From Octopus sinensis (taxonomy: Eukaryota), in NCBI RefSeq assembly GCF_006345805.1, contig NC_043003.1:37944001-38008000 (forward strand): a stretch of 64,000 bases of DNA. Direction: 5' to 3'. The notes under the pieces were generated by a model. The model saw only the letters and a list, made by a program, of their open reading frames with translations, searched no databases and had not been told where the DNA came from. Positions 52,757 through 64,000 of this stretch are shown piece by piece (positions within the stretch are counted from its first letter, which is position 1; each line of letters starts with the position of its first letter). Position numbers and translations under genes: made by a program.

Positions 52757-54263
52757 GGAATGGTGAACATTCCAGAAAGGGGTTTTTGAGAAGTGAAGGG
52801 GAGGAAATGGAGGAAGGAATTTTAAACATTCCAATGAGAAGGATTTGGGAGGTGAAGGGGAGGAAGGAATTCGGAACATTCCAAAGAGAGGGATTTGAGA
52901 GGTGAAGGGAGGAAGATGAGGAAGAAATGTGTGGAATGTCAGGAATGTCTGGAATGTCTGGAGTGTCTGGAATGTCAGGAATGTCTGGAATATCAGGAAT
53001 GTCCGGAGTGTCTGGAATGTCAGGAATTTCTGGAATGTCAGGAATGTTGGGAATGACTGAAATGTCAGGAATCTCCGGAATGTCGGGTATATCTGGAATA
53101 TCAGGATTGTCAGGAATGAAGGGGAGGAAGAAATGTTGAACGAACATTCCAGAGAGGGGGATTTGAGTGGTGAAGGGTGGAATGGGAGGAAGGAATGTTG
53201 AACATTCCAGAGAGGGGGATGTTAGCGGTGAACGTAAGGAAGGGGAGGAAGGAATGTTGAACATTCCAGAGAGGGGGATTTGAGAGTTGAAGGGGAGGAA
53301 GTGGAAGAAGGAATGTTGAACATTCCAGAGAGGGGGATCTGAAAGGTGAAGGGGAGGATGGGGAGGAAGGAATGTTGAACATTCCAGAGAGGATGAATTG
53401 AGAGGTGAACGGGGAAAAGGGGAGCAATGAATGTTGAACATTCCGGAGAGGGGGATTTGAGAGGTGAAGGAAAGGAAGGGGAGGAAAGAATGTTGATCAT
53501 ACCAGAGAGGGGGATTTGAGAGGTGAAGCGGGGGAAGGGCAGGAAGGAATGTGGAACATTCAAGAGAGGGGGATTTGAGAGGTAATGGGGAGGAAGAGGA
53601 GGAAGGAATGTGGAACATTCCAGAGAGGGGGATTTGAGAGGTGAAGGGGTGGAAAGGGAGGAAGGAATGTTGAACATTCCAGAGAGGGGTATTTGAGAAG
53701 TGATGGGGATGAAGATGAGGGAGGAATATTGAACATTCCAGAGCGGGCGAATTGAGAGGTGAAAGGGAGGAAGGAATGTTGAATATTTCAGAAAGGGGTT
53801 TTGAGAGGTGAAGGGGAGGAAGGTATTTTGAAAATTCCAGAGAGTGTGATTTGAGAGGTAAAGGGGAGGAAGGCGAGGAAGGCGAGGAAGCAATGTTGAA
53901 CATTCCAGAGAGCGGGATATGAGAGGTGAAGGGGAGGAAGGAATGTTGAACATTCATGAATGGGGGATTTGAGTGAGGAAGGGGAGGAAGGAATGTTGAG
54001 TATTCCAGAGAGGGGGATTTGAGAGGTAAAGGGGAGGAAGGGTAGGAAGGAATGTTGAACTTTCCAGATCGGGATTTGAGAGGTGAAGTGGAGGAAGGAA
54101 AGTTGAACATTCCTGAGAGGGGGATTTTAGAGGTGAAGAAGAGGAAGTGGAGGAAGAAATGTTGAACATTCCAGAGAGGGGGAATTGAGATGTGAAGGGG
54201 AGGAAGGGGAGACATTCCAGATATTCCAGATATTCCTGATATTCCAGACATTCCTGACATTCC
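52757..54263. repeat. ~51-60-bp purine-rich minisatellite with embedded 9-bp arrays (52926-53117 and, inverted, 54211-54263)
   Basis: Unit GGAATGTTGAACATTCCAGAGAGGGGGATTTGAGAGGTGAAGGGGAGGAA(GGGGAGGAA). The 9-mers are GGAATGTC(A/T) and GACATTCC(A/T). Confidence 0.95.
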
Positions 54264-57200
54264 AAACAAGTTTGAAATTTCCGGGCACTGAACAATAGCG
54301 TGCAGGACTGTTTCCACATCCCGCTCGCATCTTGGACAGTTCGATGGTCCACCGTGATCATGTCTTGTGAGCTTATCCCGAACGGGTAAGGCTCCTCTGT
54401 AACATTGCCAGGCCAAAGACTTCTGAAAGTTATTCAGCGTCCTCGGTCCGAATGTCCTTTGGAACAGGCTGTCTAACTGATTATTATCGAGACCCAAGAT
54501 CCTTCCCAGGGCATCGTCATTTCCGGCCTCTACCAACCTACTATAAAAAGCTGTGGTGGTACCAAAGCCACCGGCATTGCCGGACTTGCGGAAGTGGAAG
54601 AGGGCCTTACGGCACTCTGAATACCACATACTCGACCTAAGTCTGCGACGATACCAGGTTTCTCTACCACCAAAACTGGCAAAGCTGGGAAACATCTGCC
54701 TCGCGAGCGGGGACCACACCCGTTCACCATCCAGGTAGAGCCAAAGATGCCTCAACCTCAGCGCATGTTTGCGCATCAACAGCCAAGGCATCCCCAACCC
54801 ACCCTTTAACGGCTTCTGACAGCAAATAGAACGTTTTACAAGAGGAGTGGCACCCTTCCACAGAAAGCGAAAGATTTGCCTCTCCATCTTGTTCAACCAC
54901 GAATCCGGACAAGGAACGACGGTCAGGCGGTAAGTGATGACCGATGCTATAAACACATTGGCCACCTCCGCCCTCCCTTTCAAGGATAGCCACCGCCAAG
55001 ACCAAGTCTCGACCGCGTAAGCCACCTTGCTCGCCACCTCAGACCAGTTCTTTTCTATCTGGAGATCTGGACCAAACCAGATCCCTAGCAATTTAACCGG
55101 GCCCTCCGTCCAGCGTCCCACGATACTATTCGAAGGCATCGACTTTTCCCTCCAAGTGCCGAGTTGCAAGCCGACTGACTTTTCCCGATTAATTTTTGCT
55201 TCTGTCACCGTCTCGTAAGCCTTGATGGTATCTCCCACATTCTGTAGGAGTTCCACCTTGGTCGCGATGATGGTGATGTCGTCTGCATACGCTGTAACAG
55301 ATCCTCCACCTCCTGGATTCGTCGGGATGGCATTCAGCTTTCGCAGTAATGGCTCGAGAGCCATCACATATAAAAGCGGGGAGAGCGGACACCCTTGACG
55401 AACTGACCGTTTGATGCGGAACAGCTTCGAAAGGAAGCCATTCACCCGAACGATCGAGTCGATGTTGTCGTACAACTGTATAATCCACCTGAGAAAACCA
55501 ATGCCTAGACCGAACTGTGCAAGCACAGACACCAGGTACCGATGGTTCACTTTATCGAAAGCTTTACTCTGGTTTAAATGAACCAGTGCCCCACCTTTGC
55601 CAGAATTGTTCCCGAACCCTTCTACGGTGTAACGTATAAGGTGAAGATTATCCTGAATGGTCCTTCCGGGGACCGCACAAGTTTGTGCTTTCCCGATTAG
55701 GCCATCCGCGACACGCGTCAACCTTTTCGCTAACACCTTGGCCAAAATCTTCACCTCTGCATTCAGCAGGGTGATGGGCCTGAAGTTATCTATTCTATCC
55801 CCCTTGCTCGGGTCCTTCCTGATCAGCGCCACCACTCCCCGGCGCACAGATCTGGGAATGAACCCATTCTTCCGCCAGTTCGCGAAAACGCCGGCCAGTA
55901 CGTACCCGAACAAGTCTGGCATACTTTTATATAGTTTGTAGGGTAAACCATCAATTCCTGGCGCCTTACCTCCGTCGCAGTCAGCCATGGCTTCAGCTAC
56001 CTCCTCAGGCGAGATTGACCCTTCACAGCTCTCCGCGTCCTGCCCGAGAGGTGCGGCAGCCCGGCGAGGAGGTCCGTAAGGTCCGTCCTCTCACCCGGCC
56101 CGCCGTCGCTCCCGAAAAGCCGGGCGAAGTGCTCCTGAAACGTCCGACACATCTCCTCTGGTTCGGTTACCACATTGCCTTGCTCGTTCGTCATAGACTT
56201 GATTGTGGAATCGTTTCCACGTTGAGCTTCCACAACTCATGCCCATCCGGCAGCCTTAATACCCTCGCTCCCCATTGCGCAGAGTCTAGCTCTGACAAAC
56301 AACCCATGTGTTTGGCTTCGAGGTGCTGGTTTAATTCCAGTCTCTTCAGCCTAACCTGGGCCCCATCGCCAGATCTCATGGCTTCCTCTAAGGCCTTAAC
56401 TAGCCCCTTTTCTTTTCTACGCCCACTAGCTACTAGTCCTATGCTATATCTAATGGACTCGTATTTAATGGCTCTCTTGAGGGCGTACCACCATTTGTTG
56501 TTAATAATGGAACCGGTTAACGCCCTCTGAATTAATAACTTAATCCGGCTTCTGAAATTCTCAATAGCCAAAAGGTACTTATTGAGTTTCCAGTAACCGG
56601 ATCCCTTACTACATAACTTATCTAGGTGCAGTTTACCAGTGACCATCTTGTGATCACTGTAACTGACCGGGTGAAGCTGTGGACACTTAACTATGTCTTT
56701 ATCTATTTTTCTAATGAGAATCTTATCTATATAGGACCTGACAGACCCGTCGCTATTTGACCACGTCCACTGTGGAGCGTTCGGGAATTCAAGTCTGTAG
56801 GGATCTACTAGCTGAAAGCGACTTAGTAGATCCCGGAAGCCACTGTTTGGTTTCCTATCTTTAGAGCCAACGCTATCGACACACGTATTGACTATAGCGT
56901 TACAGTCCCCTAGCATGACTATGGATTTTGACGTGCCAAGAAACTTCTCTAGGTCTCGGAAAAAATCAGTCTGACGTGAATTGGGTGCGTACACCGCCAC
57001 CAGCCTGATTTCCTTACCACAACTGAACGTCAGATCTAAGACGACCAGCCTATCTTCTGAGTCAGAAAAAATTAACTTTTTCTCTGAGACTCGATTTCTT
57101 TTGAGTATGACCAACACCCCACTCCCACCCCACCGCCAGCCAGGAGAAATAAATTTCTCGTAGCCATCCAGGAGCGGGAGTAGATCTCTTGACCCTTCCA

Positions 57201-57321
57201 CTTGAGTCTCAGTAGCAACAACAACATCTGAATTCTGCGACCTGATATAATTTAGGAAACGCCCCTGTTTCCAGTTCGATATCAAGCCGCGCACATTTAA
57301 ACAACCTACATGAACTGCCAT
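54264..57321 (-). pseudogene. LINE ORF2 (APE endonuclease + reverse transcriptase), two frameshifts near 56.27 and 56.04 kb
   Basis: Endonuclease motifs LNVRGL, ATET, VYAPN, GDCN, YIDKIL and SDH. RT motifs APGIDGLP, FRPITLLN, QGCPLSPLLY, YADD and KLLGIWF, then CPRCERDVETVLHAIVQCP. The motif-A Asp is replaced (HLNQSKAFD). Confidence 0.92.
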
Positions 57322-58840
57322 AATTCACCAACCTTGTTTCATCTGGGTCCGGAGGACGGGAGGGAACCCGTCCCTTCTACTTCTTGGGCCCGTGGAATCG
57401 GCAGGTTGGTGTTGTTACTTTTTGCATCTCGCTTTGCGTCTTCTGCACTCATTCTCGAGGGGCAGACATCTTTCCTGAAATCGTTCACTAATTGGTTCTA
57501 CGTCTTCTGACCCATTTTGTAACTTCTCCATTCACTTGCCGCTTCTTCTGTCTCTATTTCTTCTATATGATGAGTTTCTATTCTCCTCATAATCTCTCTG
57601 TTAGATAATCTCACTGCTACGTACACCTGGTTGTCTGTAGCTTTCTCTGGCTTTTTCGCCTTTTTAATTTCTCTTGCTTTCTCTGGGGAGGGGTTTTATG
57701 CTTTCTTTTTTTGGTTTGAGTCCATCCCTCCCCTTCTTCTGGTATAGGTGTTATTCTCAGCGGTACTTTAGGGGTAGTAAGCTCTTCAGTCCTTTTTTCT
57801 TATTCTACCGGCTTACAATTTTTCCTCAGGTGCCCCTTTTTCCCCGCAAGCGAAGCACCTGGGCTGTCGGACTTCAACCATAACTGGTAGACGGTTTTCA
57901 CCAACTTCGATAATCTTCTAGCGCGGCCGGTTCTGCTTGCAGAATTACTTAACCTTTTGGCCTTGCCAGTTTTTCGTCTCTTCTACCGTTGCATCTCTAA
58001 TCTCTAGTATCTCCTCTAGGCCCAGAGTAATTGCTGCGACTATCTTCTCCGGTTCGATTTCCGGCGGGACATTCGCTATGGTTACTTTGGACATCCTTCT
58101 GCCCATATAGATGGGCAAAAGCGTCACTGTTTCCGTTCTCAGTGGGTTCATTGAGTGAAGCCTTGCTTCCTCCTCGGATTCGAACCTCACCTCTATTGTG
58201 CCGTACCTTTTTCCCCTTGCAATGTATTTTACTTTGCTAGAAATAGGCTTGAGGCATGCCTCCACTTCGTTTTGTGCTGCGAATTCGATCCTCTTTTCTT
58301 TGTTTTTATGTTTTATATATAATTGTTTTTCTTTCTACATTCTCTTTTACTTCTCTTGGTTGTACGATTTTTGTCTCGTATCCCTCTTTTTTCATATCCT
58401 TTTTTAGTTCCTCTAGGTTTGTGAGTTCGATTTTCTTTTCCGTGGTGCCTGCTGCTTCTGCGAAATTCAGCTGGGTTTTTTTCGCTAGACTAGGCACATC
58501 TATGTTCCTTCGAACCTGCAGCCTCTTTTTCTCATTTTTGCTTTCGTTCTCTTCATCAGAGTCTGAAAGCAACTTCAATTTGCCGATTCTTTCCAACTCT
58601 TTTTCTGTTTTTTCTCCTAGGCTAACCGCAATTTGGCTAGCCGTTTTTCCTGGGCTTTGGTTTGCTGTTCTCGCCATAACTCGGTTTACCGCTTTTCCCG
58701 GGCTTACCACAACTCGGCTTGCCGTTTTCTCCGGTCTCGCCTCAATTAGGTCTGCCGTCCCTCCCGGGCTGGCCATAATTTAGCCTACCCTCACGGGCAG
58801 TTCCTTCACAGAAATAACAAAAATTTTTAACAATTTTTAA
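54264..58840 (-). mobile_element. Tx1/L1-clade LINE, 5'-intact, frameshifted and 3'-truncated
   Basis: ORF1 (about 58776-57330, broken) has an RRM-like part and a frameshifted CCHC knuckle, CFACGEKG/HLRKNC. ORF2 has an APE endonuclease, an RT and a C-terminal CxxC..E...H....C motif. Confidence 0.92.
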
Positions 58841-58841
58841 C

Positions 58842-59226
58842 GGCTGTGTGGTAAGTAGCTTGTTTACCAACCACATTGTTCCGGGTTCAGTCCCACTGCG
58901 TGGCACCTTGGGCAAGTGTCTTCTACTATTGCCTCGGACCGACCAAAGCCTTGTGAGTGGATTTGGTAGACGGAAACTGAAAGAAGCCCGTCGTATATAT
59001 GTATATAAATATATGTATGTGTGTCTGTGTTTGTCCCCCCAGCATTGCTTGACAACCGATGCTAGTGTGTTTATGTCCCCGTTACTTAGCGGTTCGGCAA
59101 AAGAGACCGATAGAATAAGTACTGGGCTTATAAAAGAATAAGTCCCGGGGTCGAGTTGCTCGATTAAAGGCGGTGCTCCAGCATGGCCGCAGTCAAATGA
59201 CTGAAACAAGTAAAAGAGTAAAAGAA
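58842..59226 (+). mobile_element. tRNA-derived SINE, family A, missing the first ~10 nt
   Basis: Colinear with 43579-44007. It starts at GGCTGTGTGGTAAG directly after the LINE 5' end. Confidence 0.9.
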
Positions 59227-59578
59227 TATCCAATAAAGGTAATCCAACAAGGGTAATCCAATAATGGCACGGTAGACAATACAACTAATACTTCCAAAGG
59301 TCTGAAGTCGAAAGACGAAGAATAGTGAAAATGCAAGCCTATTTATAGCCCTTGGTAGGCTCAAAGAAGGGCATCAAGAAGCAGGCCTTATCCGAAGGCT
59401 GTGATTGGTTGGCTTCACACTCTGGCGCGAAATAGGAAGTAGAGACAACCCGCGCCACATGTCAACCAATCAGATCAGTGGACACAACAAGAACAACCCA
59501 ACCAAAGATGGCTGTAATCTCAAACGAGATCATTCCTGCTGTGTCTCTCAAACAGTGAGGATATCAGATGCCGCTACA
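59227..59578 (-). mobile_element. Partial LTR related to 48188/49090, in inverted orientation
   Basis: The minus strand starts TGTAGCGGCATC...GTTTGAGAGA...GAATGATCTCGTTTGAGATTACA...TGATTGGTTG...GTCTCTACTT..TATTTCGCGCCA..AGCCAACCAATCAC...TATAAATA. Confidence 0.8.
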
Positions 59579-60691
59579 AATTTTTAAAGGGCTTTTATTT
59601 TTAGGGTGAGGTCAAACAGTCGAATCCATTCAACCATATCGTCACAGTCTTTAGCAACATCAACTTCCAAGAACTTGAGAGAGGTGACAGACTGAAAGAG
59701 GACAAGAACCTGCACACATTTTCAGCATTGCAAGATTTTGGAGCTATTTTTGTCAGAATAGAGCTGTCTTCAAGAATCCAAGTAATGCTATGTATTGAAG
59801 AGTAGCCGTAGATGCTGGTCATATTGTTGTTTGCTGCTACTGTTGTTGTCACATACTTTTTATTTTGACGCTACTTTACTTCAGAAGTTGGTTAGTCATA
59901 AATTCCCTAGGGAATTTTAAGCCCAGCTTCATCACTTTTATTTATGTATTTTTGTTCTTGCTTTAAAACGAAATCTAGCTTCAAGCATCATATACAGATA
60001 ATTTTTTAGACACTGGGTGCAAATTTTGATCTTGCACCACCTGAAAATTCCAAGGGGTGCAGGTGCACCCCCTGTACATATATTTTTAAAACATTCATTA
60101 GCCAGAAAATATATCTGATTTTCAGTAAGTGTATATTTTTTGGTGGAGGCACATGGCCTAGTGGTTAGAGCAACAGAGTCACGGTCGAGAGATTGCTAGT
60201 TCGAATCTCAGACCGGGCGATGTGTGTGTTTATGAGCGAAACACCTAAATTCCATGCGGCTCCGGCAGAAGGTAACGGCGAACTTCTGCAGGCTCTTTCA
60301 CCACAACTTTCTCTCACTCTTTCCTCCTGCATGTAGCAGCTTACCTGCGACGTATCGGCGTCCCGTCAAGGTGGGGAACCTATAAGCCAAGGAAACCGGC
60401 CCTTATGACTCGAGAAGGAACAAACAACATCAACAATATATTTTTCAAGTTGAAGGAATATGTACAAAAGGAATTCGTAATTAGACCAAATTGTTGGTAG
60501 TGTTAAAGATACTGATGAAATCTTTCATTTTGTTATCATAATAAATAAATAATTATTATTATCTTCGTTTAAGACGATGGCATTAACGACGACTAAAACG
60601 TTAATCTGGACAACAGATAGGATAGTTTTTCATTTCATTTAATTTTGTAGTGTGTAAATTGTTACCTCCTGTAGTTCGATTATCTCCCTTG

Positions 60692-61842
60692 GGAGGTTAG
60701 CTGAAAAGTTTAGGCTGACTATGAGGGAGCGATGCTAGAGCTTTGAAATTTTGCAGGCATCAATTCTTATTGATGACACTATTGTTTCTTTCCTGGTAAA
60801 CTGACGGCAATCTTTCGTCTCTAGTAGACCTTTCCGTCGATTTCCGTAAAAAATTTTTTTTTTTACAAATGGGCTTGAGGGAAATTTTGAGGTAATGAGA
60901 GCGAAAGAGATTAAGAGAAAGCGATTGTATGACGAGGGAAGTTCTTTTGAAGCTACCGAAGCATTGATGTACATGTGTGTGTGTGTGTGTGTTTTTGATG
61001 GGGTGTGGGAGACAGAAAGTATGTTGTGTAAGTGAAGTGCTTTTGTAAGTGCGTGTGAAGAGATAGTAATGTGTGAAAGAAAGAGATAACTGAAATTTTT
61101 TACTCGGTGTATGTCTATATCTATGTATATTACTTCAAAAGTTCCCGCAAGCCTATATGTAAAAAACAAAAAAATTTTTACGGAAATCGACGGAAAGGTC
61201 TACTAGAGACGAAAGATCGCCAAACTGACAGCTGATTGTTTAAAGAAGACTTCAAACGTAATTGATGACAACCTCTCTTGAAAATGGATAAAATTTGGTA
61301 TCGTGGTGTAATCAAGTACCTACAGATATGGTTCCTAAAATCAGCAATAGTGTAAAAACGGGCAGCTGAATTCAGGATGGGACGGGAGAGTTTTGAAGAT
61401 GACTCTAGGTCTGGACGCCCAGCAACTGCCACCATTGGGTAAAACATTGATCGTGCCACGTGTTCTAACACCTTCTCAAAAGCGCACCAGGCTGACCGAC
61501 CACATCGCGGCAAAATCAGACATTGTTTGAGGTAGATCCAGCTGGTTTCCACGAACGTTTTCTAACACAAGATGAGTGTTGGTTTCGTCTCTGAGTCAGA
61601 GACAAAAAGACAATTTATGTCGCGGAAACACCCCCTCCTCACCTTCTTCAAAGGAGGCTAATGTCATTTCGTCTGCATGGAAATTACGACTTCAGTTTTT
61701 TGGTATGCAAAAGGCATTGTGTTTATTGATTAACTTTAAAAGGGCTATACAATCAATGGAGAATATTTTGCCAACTTGCTGAGGTAATTATGAAAAGCTA
61801 TCAAGACCAAACACCCAAGAAAATTGATGAAAGGGGTCTTGA
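60692..61842 (+). mobile_element. Decayed mariner transposon (interrupted by a MITE)
   Basis: Translated pieces MDKIWYRGVIKYL, AAEFRMGRESFEDDSRSGRPATA, RFLTQDECWF and SVFWYAKGIVFID*L*KGYTINGEYFANLL..AIKTKHPRKLMKGVL, with stops and frameshifts. Confidence 0.85.
60806..61221. mobile_element. MITE with ~55-60-bp TIRs and 8-bp TSD (Merlin-like)
   Basis: TIRs GGCAATCTTTCGTCTCTAGTAGACCTTTCCGTCGATTTCCGTAAAAA / TTTTTACGGAAATCGACGGAAAGGTCTACTAGAGACGAAAGATCGCC. AAACTGAC is duplicated at 60798-60805 and 61222-61229. Confidence 0.88.
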
Positions 61843-62201
61843 ATAAAAGTCTAAGGGAAATAACTCACAAGTCAAAGATAAGAATTTGAATAAATGAGCA
61901 AAGGGATGATGTACTGAATAACATACACAAAAAATTCTGAGCTTATTAAAATTACACTGTTCGAGAAAAAAATTATGAAAACTTTTTGACCAGTGTAATT
62001 TGCATAATTAAAAAATAGATAATGAGCCAGGCACGACTGCATGGTAATAAGTTTGCTTCCCAACCACATAATTCCAAGTTCAGTTCCATTTCTTGGCACC
62101 TTGATTTCACAGACGGCATTAAAAGAAGCTTGACTTTTGTACATGCACCTTTGATGAGTTGTAGTGCACCTGGACACTATGCACAATAATTTCATTATCA
62201 T

Positions 62202-62265
<64 letters not shown>

Positions 62266-63079
62266 AACCCAGAGAGCTGGCAGAAACGTTAGCATGTTGG
62301 GCAAAATGCTTAGTGTATTTCGTCTGTCTTTATGTTCTGAGGTCAAATTTGCCTTTCATCCTTTTGGGGTCAATAAATTAAGTACTAGTTGTGTGCTGGG
62401 GTCGATCTAATCGGCTGGCCCCCTCCCCCAAAATTTCGGGCCTTGTTGCCTCGATTAGAAAAAGAAATATATATATTTATAATTATCATTTAATGTTGGG
62501 TGGTTTGACAGGAGCTGGCATGCTGGAGAGCTACACCAGGCTATAATGTCTGCTTTGGCATGGTTCTGTGGCTGACTGCCGTTCTTAATGCTAACCACTT
62601 TACAAAGGGTACTGGGTGCTTTTTATGTGGCACCAAAACCTGTAGGGTTACCAAGTAACTTATGAGACAAAGATCTTTCAGCTATGAGAGGGAATGGTAC
62701 CAGAGAAAGTGGCTTGGTGCCAAGTGAGAAATTAGAGTATAATAGACGGATAGAGATAGGTGTTTTACTTTAGAGGAGATACTTATAAAAGAGAAGAGAG
62801 GAACAAGAGATAGGGTTAGAGAGAAAGATAGAGATATAGCCAGAGTGAAAGAGAAATAGATGTTGTTAGCAATGCAATGGGACCTGCCCACAGGGAACAG
62901 TGGGAGTATAAGTGGTACAGAGGGGATAAAGGGAAATGTTTCATTAGAGTGTGAGGAGAGATGCTCAAAGGGAAAGAGGTGACTGTAGCAAGTGATGGTG
63001 TTAGGGGCCTGCAGCAGGTGGAGATCATGGGTGCATAAGGTGGGGTACATGGCTGTAAAGGAGATGCCTGTATACATGG

Positions 63080-63814
63080 ACTAGCAATATCGCCCGGCGT
63101 TGCTCAGGTTTGTAAGGGAAATAACTATAAAGCATTTTTAGAGAGTTATAGCCAAAAAATAGCAAAAAAATGATGGTAAATTTTTTTTTGAGATTTAAAA
63201 AAGGTGGAGTTGCGTCCCCTAGACAGTTTGTGGTTCATGTTTCTGATTCTCGACCCCATGTCGAATTTATCGATTTTTTTCAGAACTGGGGGAACTTTTC
63301 AAAATTTTCGCTGTGTTAGTTTTGAATTATGACATTGGGCTATGTGTGTGTCAAGTTTCATCAGAATCGGTTGAAAGCCGTGGTCAGGGTGAGGGTACAA
63401 GCAAACAGACACACAGAAACACGCACAGACAAACTGCCGTTTATATAGAGAGAGATTTTCAGAACTGGGGGAACTTTTCAAAATTTTCGCTGTGTTAGTT
63501 TTGAATTATGACATTGGGCTATGTGTGTGTCAAGTTTCATCAGAATCGGTTGAAAGCCGTGGTCAGGGTGAGGGTACAAGCAAACAGACACACAGAAACA
63601 CGCACAGACAAACTGCCGTTTATATATAGAGAGATTTTCAGAACTGGGGGAACTTTTCAAAATTTTCGCTGTGTTAGTTTTGAATTATGACATTGGGCTA
63701 TGTGTGTGTCAAGTTTCATCAGAATCGGTTGAAAGCCGTGGTCAGGGTGAGGGTACAAGCAAACAGACACACAGAAACACGCACAGACAAACTGCCGTTT
63801 ATATAGAGAGAGAT
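63080..63814. mobile_element. Non-autonomous Helitron/Helentron-type element with three tandem 179-bp units (about 63278-63814)
   Basis: Starts ACTAGCAATATCGCCCGGCGTTGCTCAGG (CTAG plus hairpin). The units contain AAGTTTCATCAGAATCGG...ACAGACAAAC..TTTATATAGAGAGA and have a 179-bp period (ORFs at 63299 and 63478). Confidence 0.75.
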
Positions 63815-64000
63815 ATCCATGATTTTACTTAGCTTGAATGTCTTCTCAAACACAGCAATTCATCAGATGTCTCAGTCACTCGTCATGTCTGAAAATCATT
63901 TCTTACCACTTCACCCAACCTCTTCCATAGATTCCCTCCACAATTAGAGATTGGTACTTTTTTCTGCAGTTCTGCTCATCCATTCTTATCAGATACCAGT
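63815..64000 (-). mobile_element. Degraded RTE LINE 3' fragment
   Basis: Reverse-complement similarity to the RTE C-terminus and to 4465-4620. Confidence 0.55.

Noticed and set aside
59600-60075. Possible decayed hAT transposase C-terminus and terminus
   Set aside because: Only a vague resemblance (NPF...QEL..D..LK) that cannot be supported without a search.

Overview
AT-rich, repeat-dense eukaryotic (metazoan) DNA. The SINE/LINE families and microsatellite load look like a coleoid cephalopod (Octopus-like); this is inferred from repeat style, not proven. I can support one host gene: the first coding exon (minus strand, 40120-38107) of an ATG4C/ATG4D-type autophagy cysteine protease. It is recognised by the motif KVKSKLMSMWNNVKYG just before a GTAAGT donor, and it carries an unusually long (~650 aa) low-complexity N-terminal extension with a DSGYGS degron-like motif. 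An optimal-Kozak 8-codon uORF ends in a stop that overlaps the main start (ATGA). I found no further ATG4 exon, so 1-38106 is probably one very large intron. It is filled with tRNA-derived SINEs, RTE 3' fragments, MITEs, hairpins, a U6 pseudogene and a 1.7-kb tandem duplication. Upstream (43-64 kb) is a TE/satellite cluster: a CRE-type endonuclease relic, a foldback MITE, an RTE LINE with a PHD finger inside its RT, mariner relics (one with a nested 8-bp-TSD MITE), a TRIM-like LTR pair, a compound satellite (52/85/~60/9-bp units) fused to a 3'-truncated Tx1/L1-like LINE, an inverted related LTR, and a Helitron-type element with a triplicated 179-bp end. Most short ORFs in the supplied track are repeat artefacts. 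Repeat boundaries were read by eye and are approximate.
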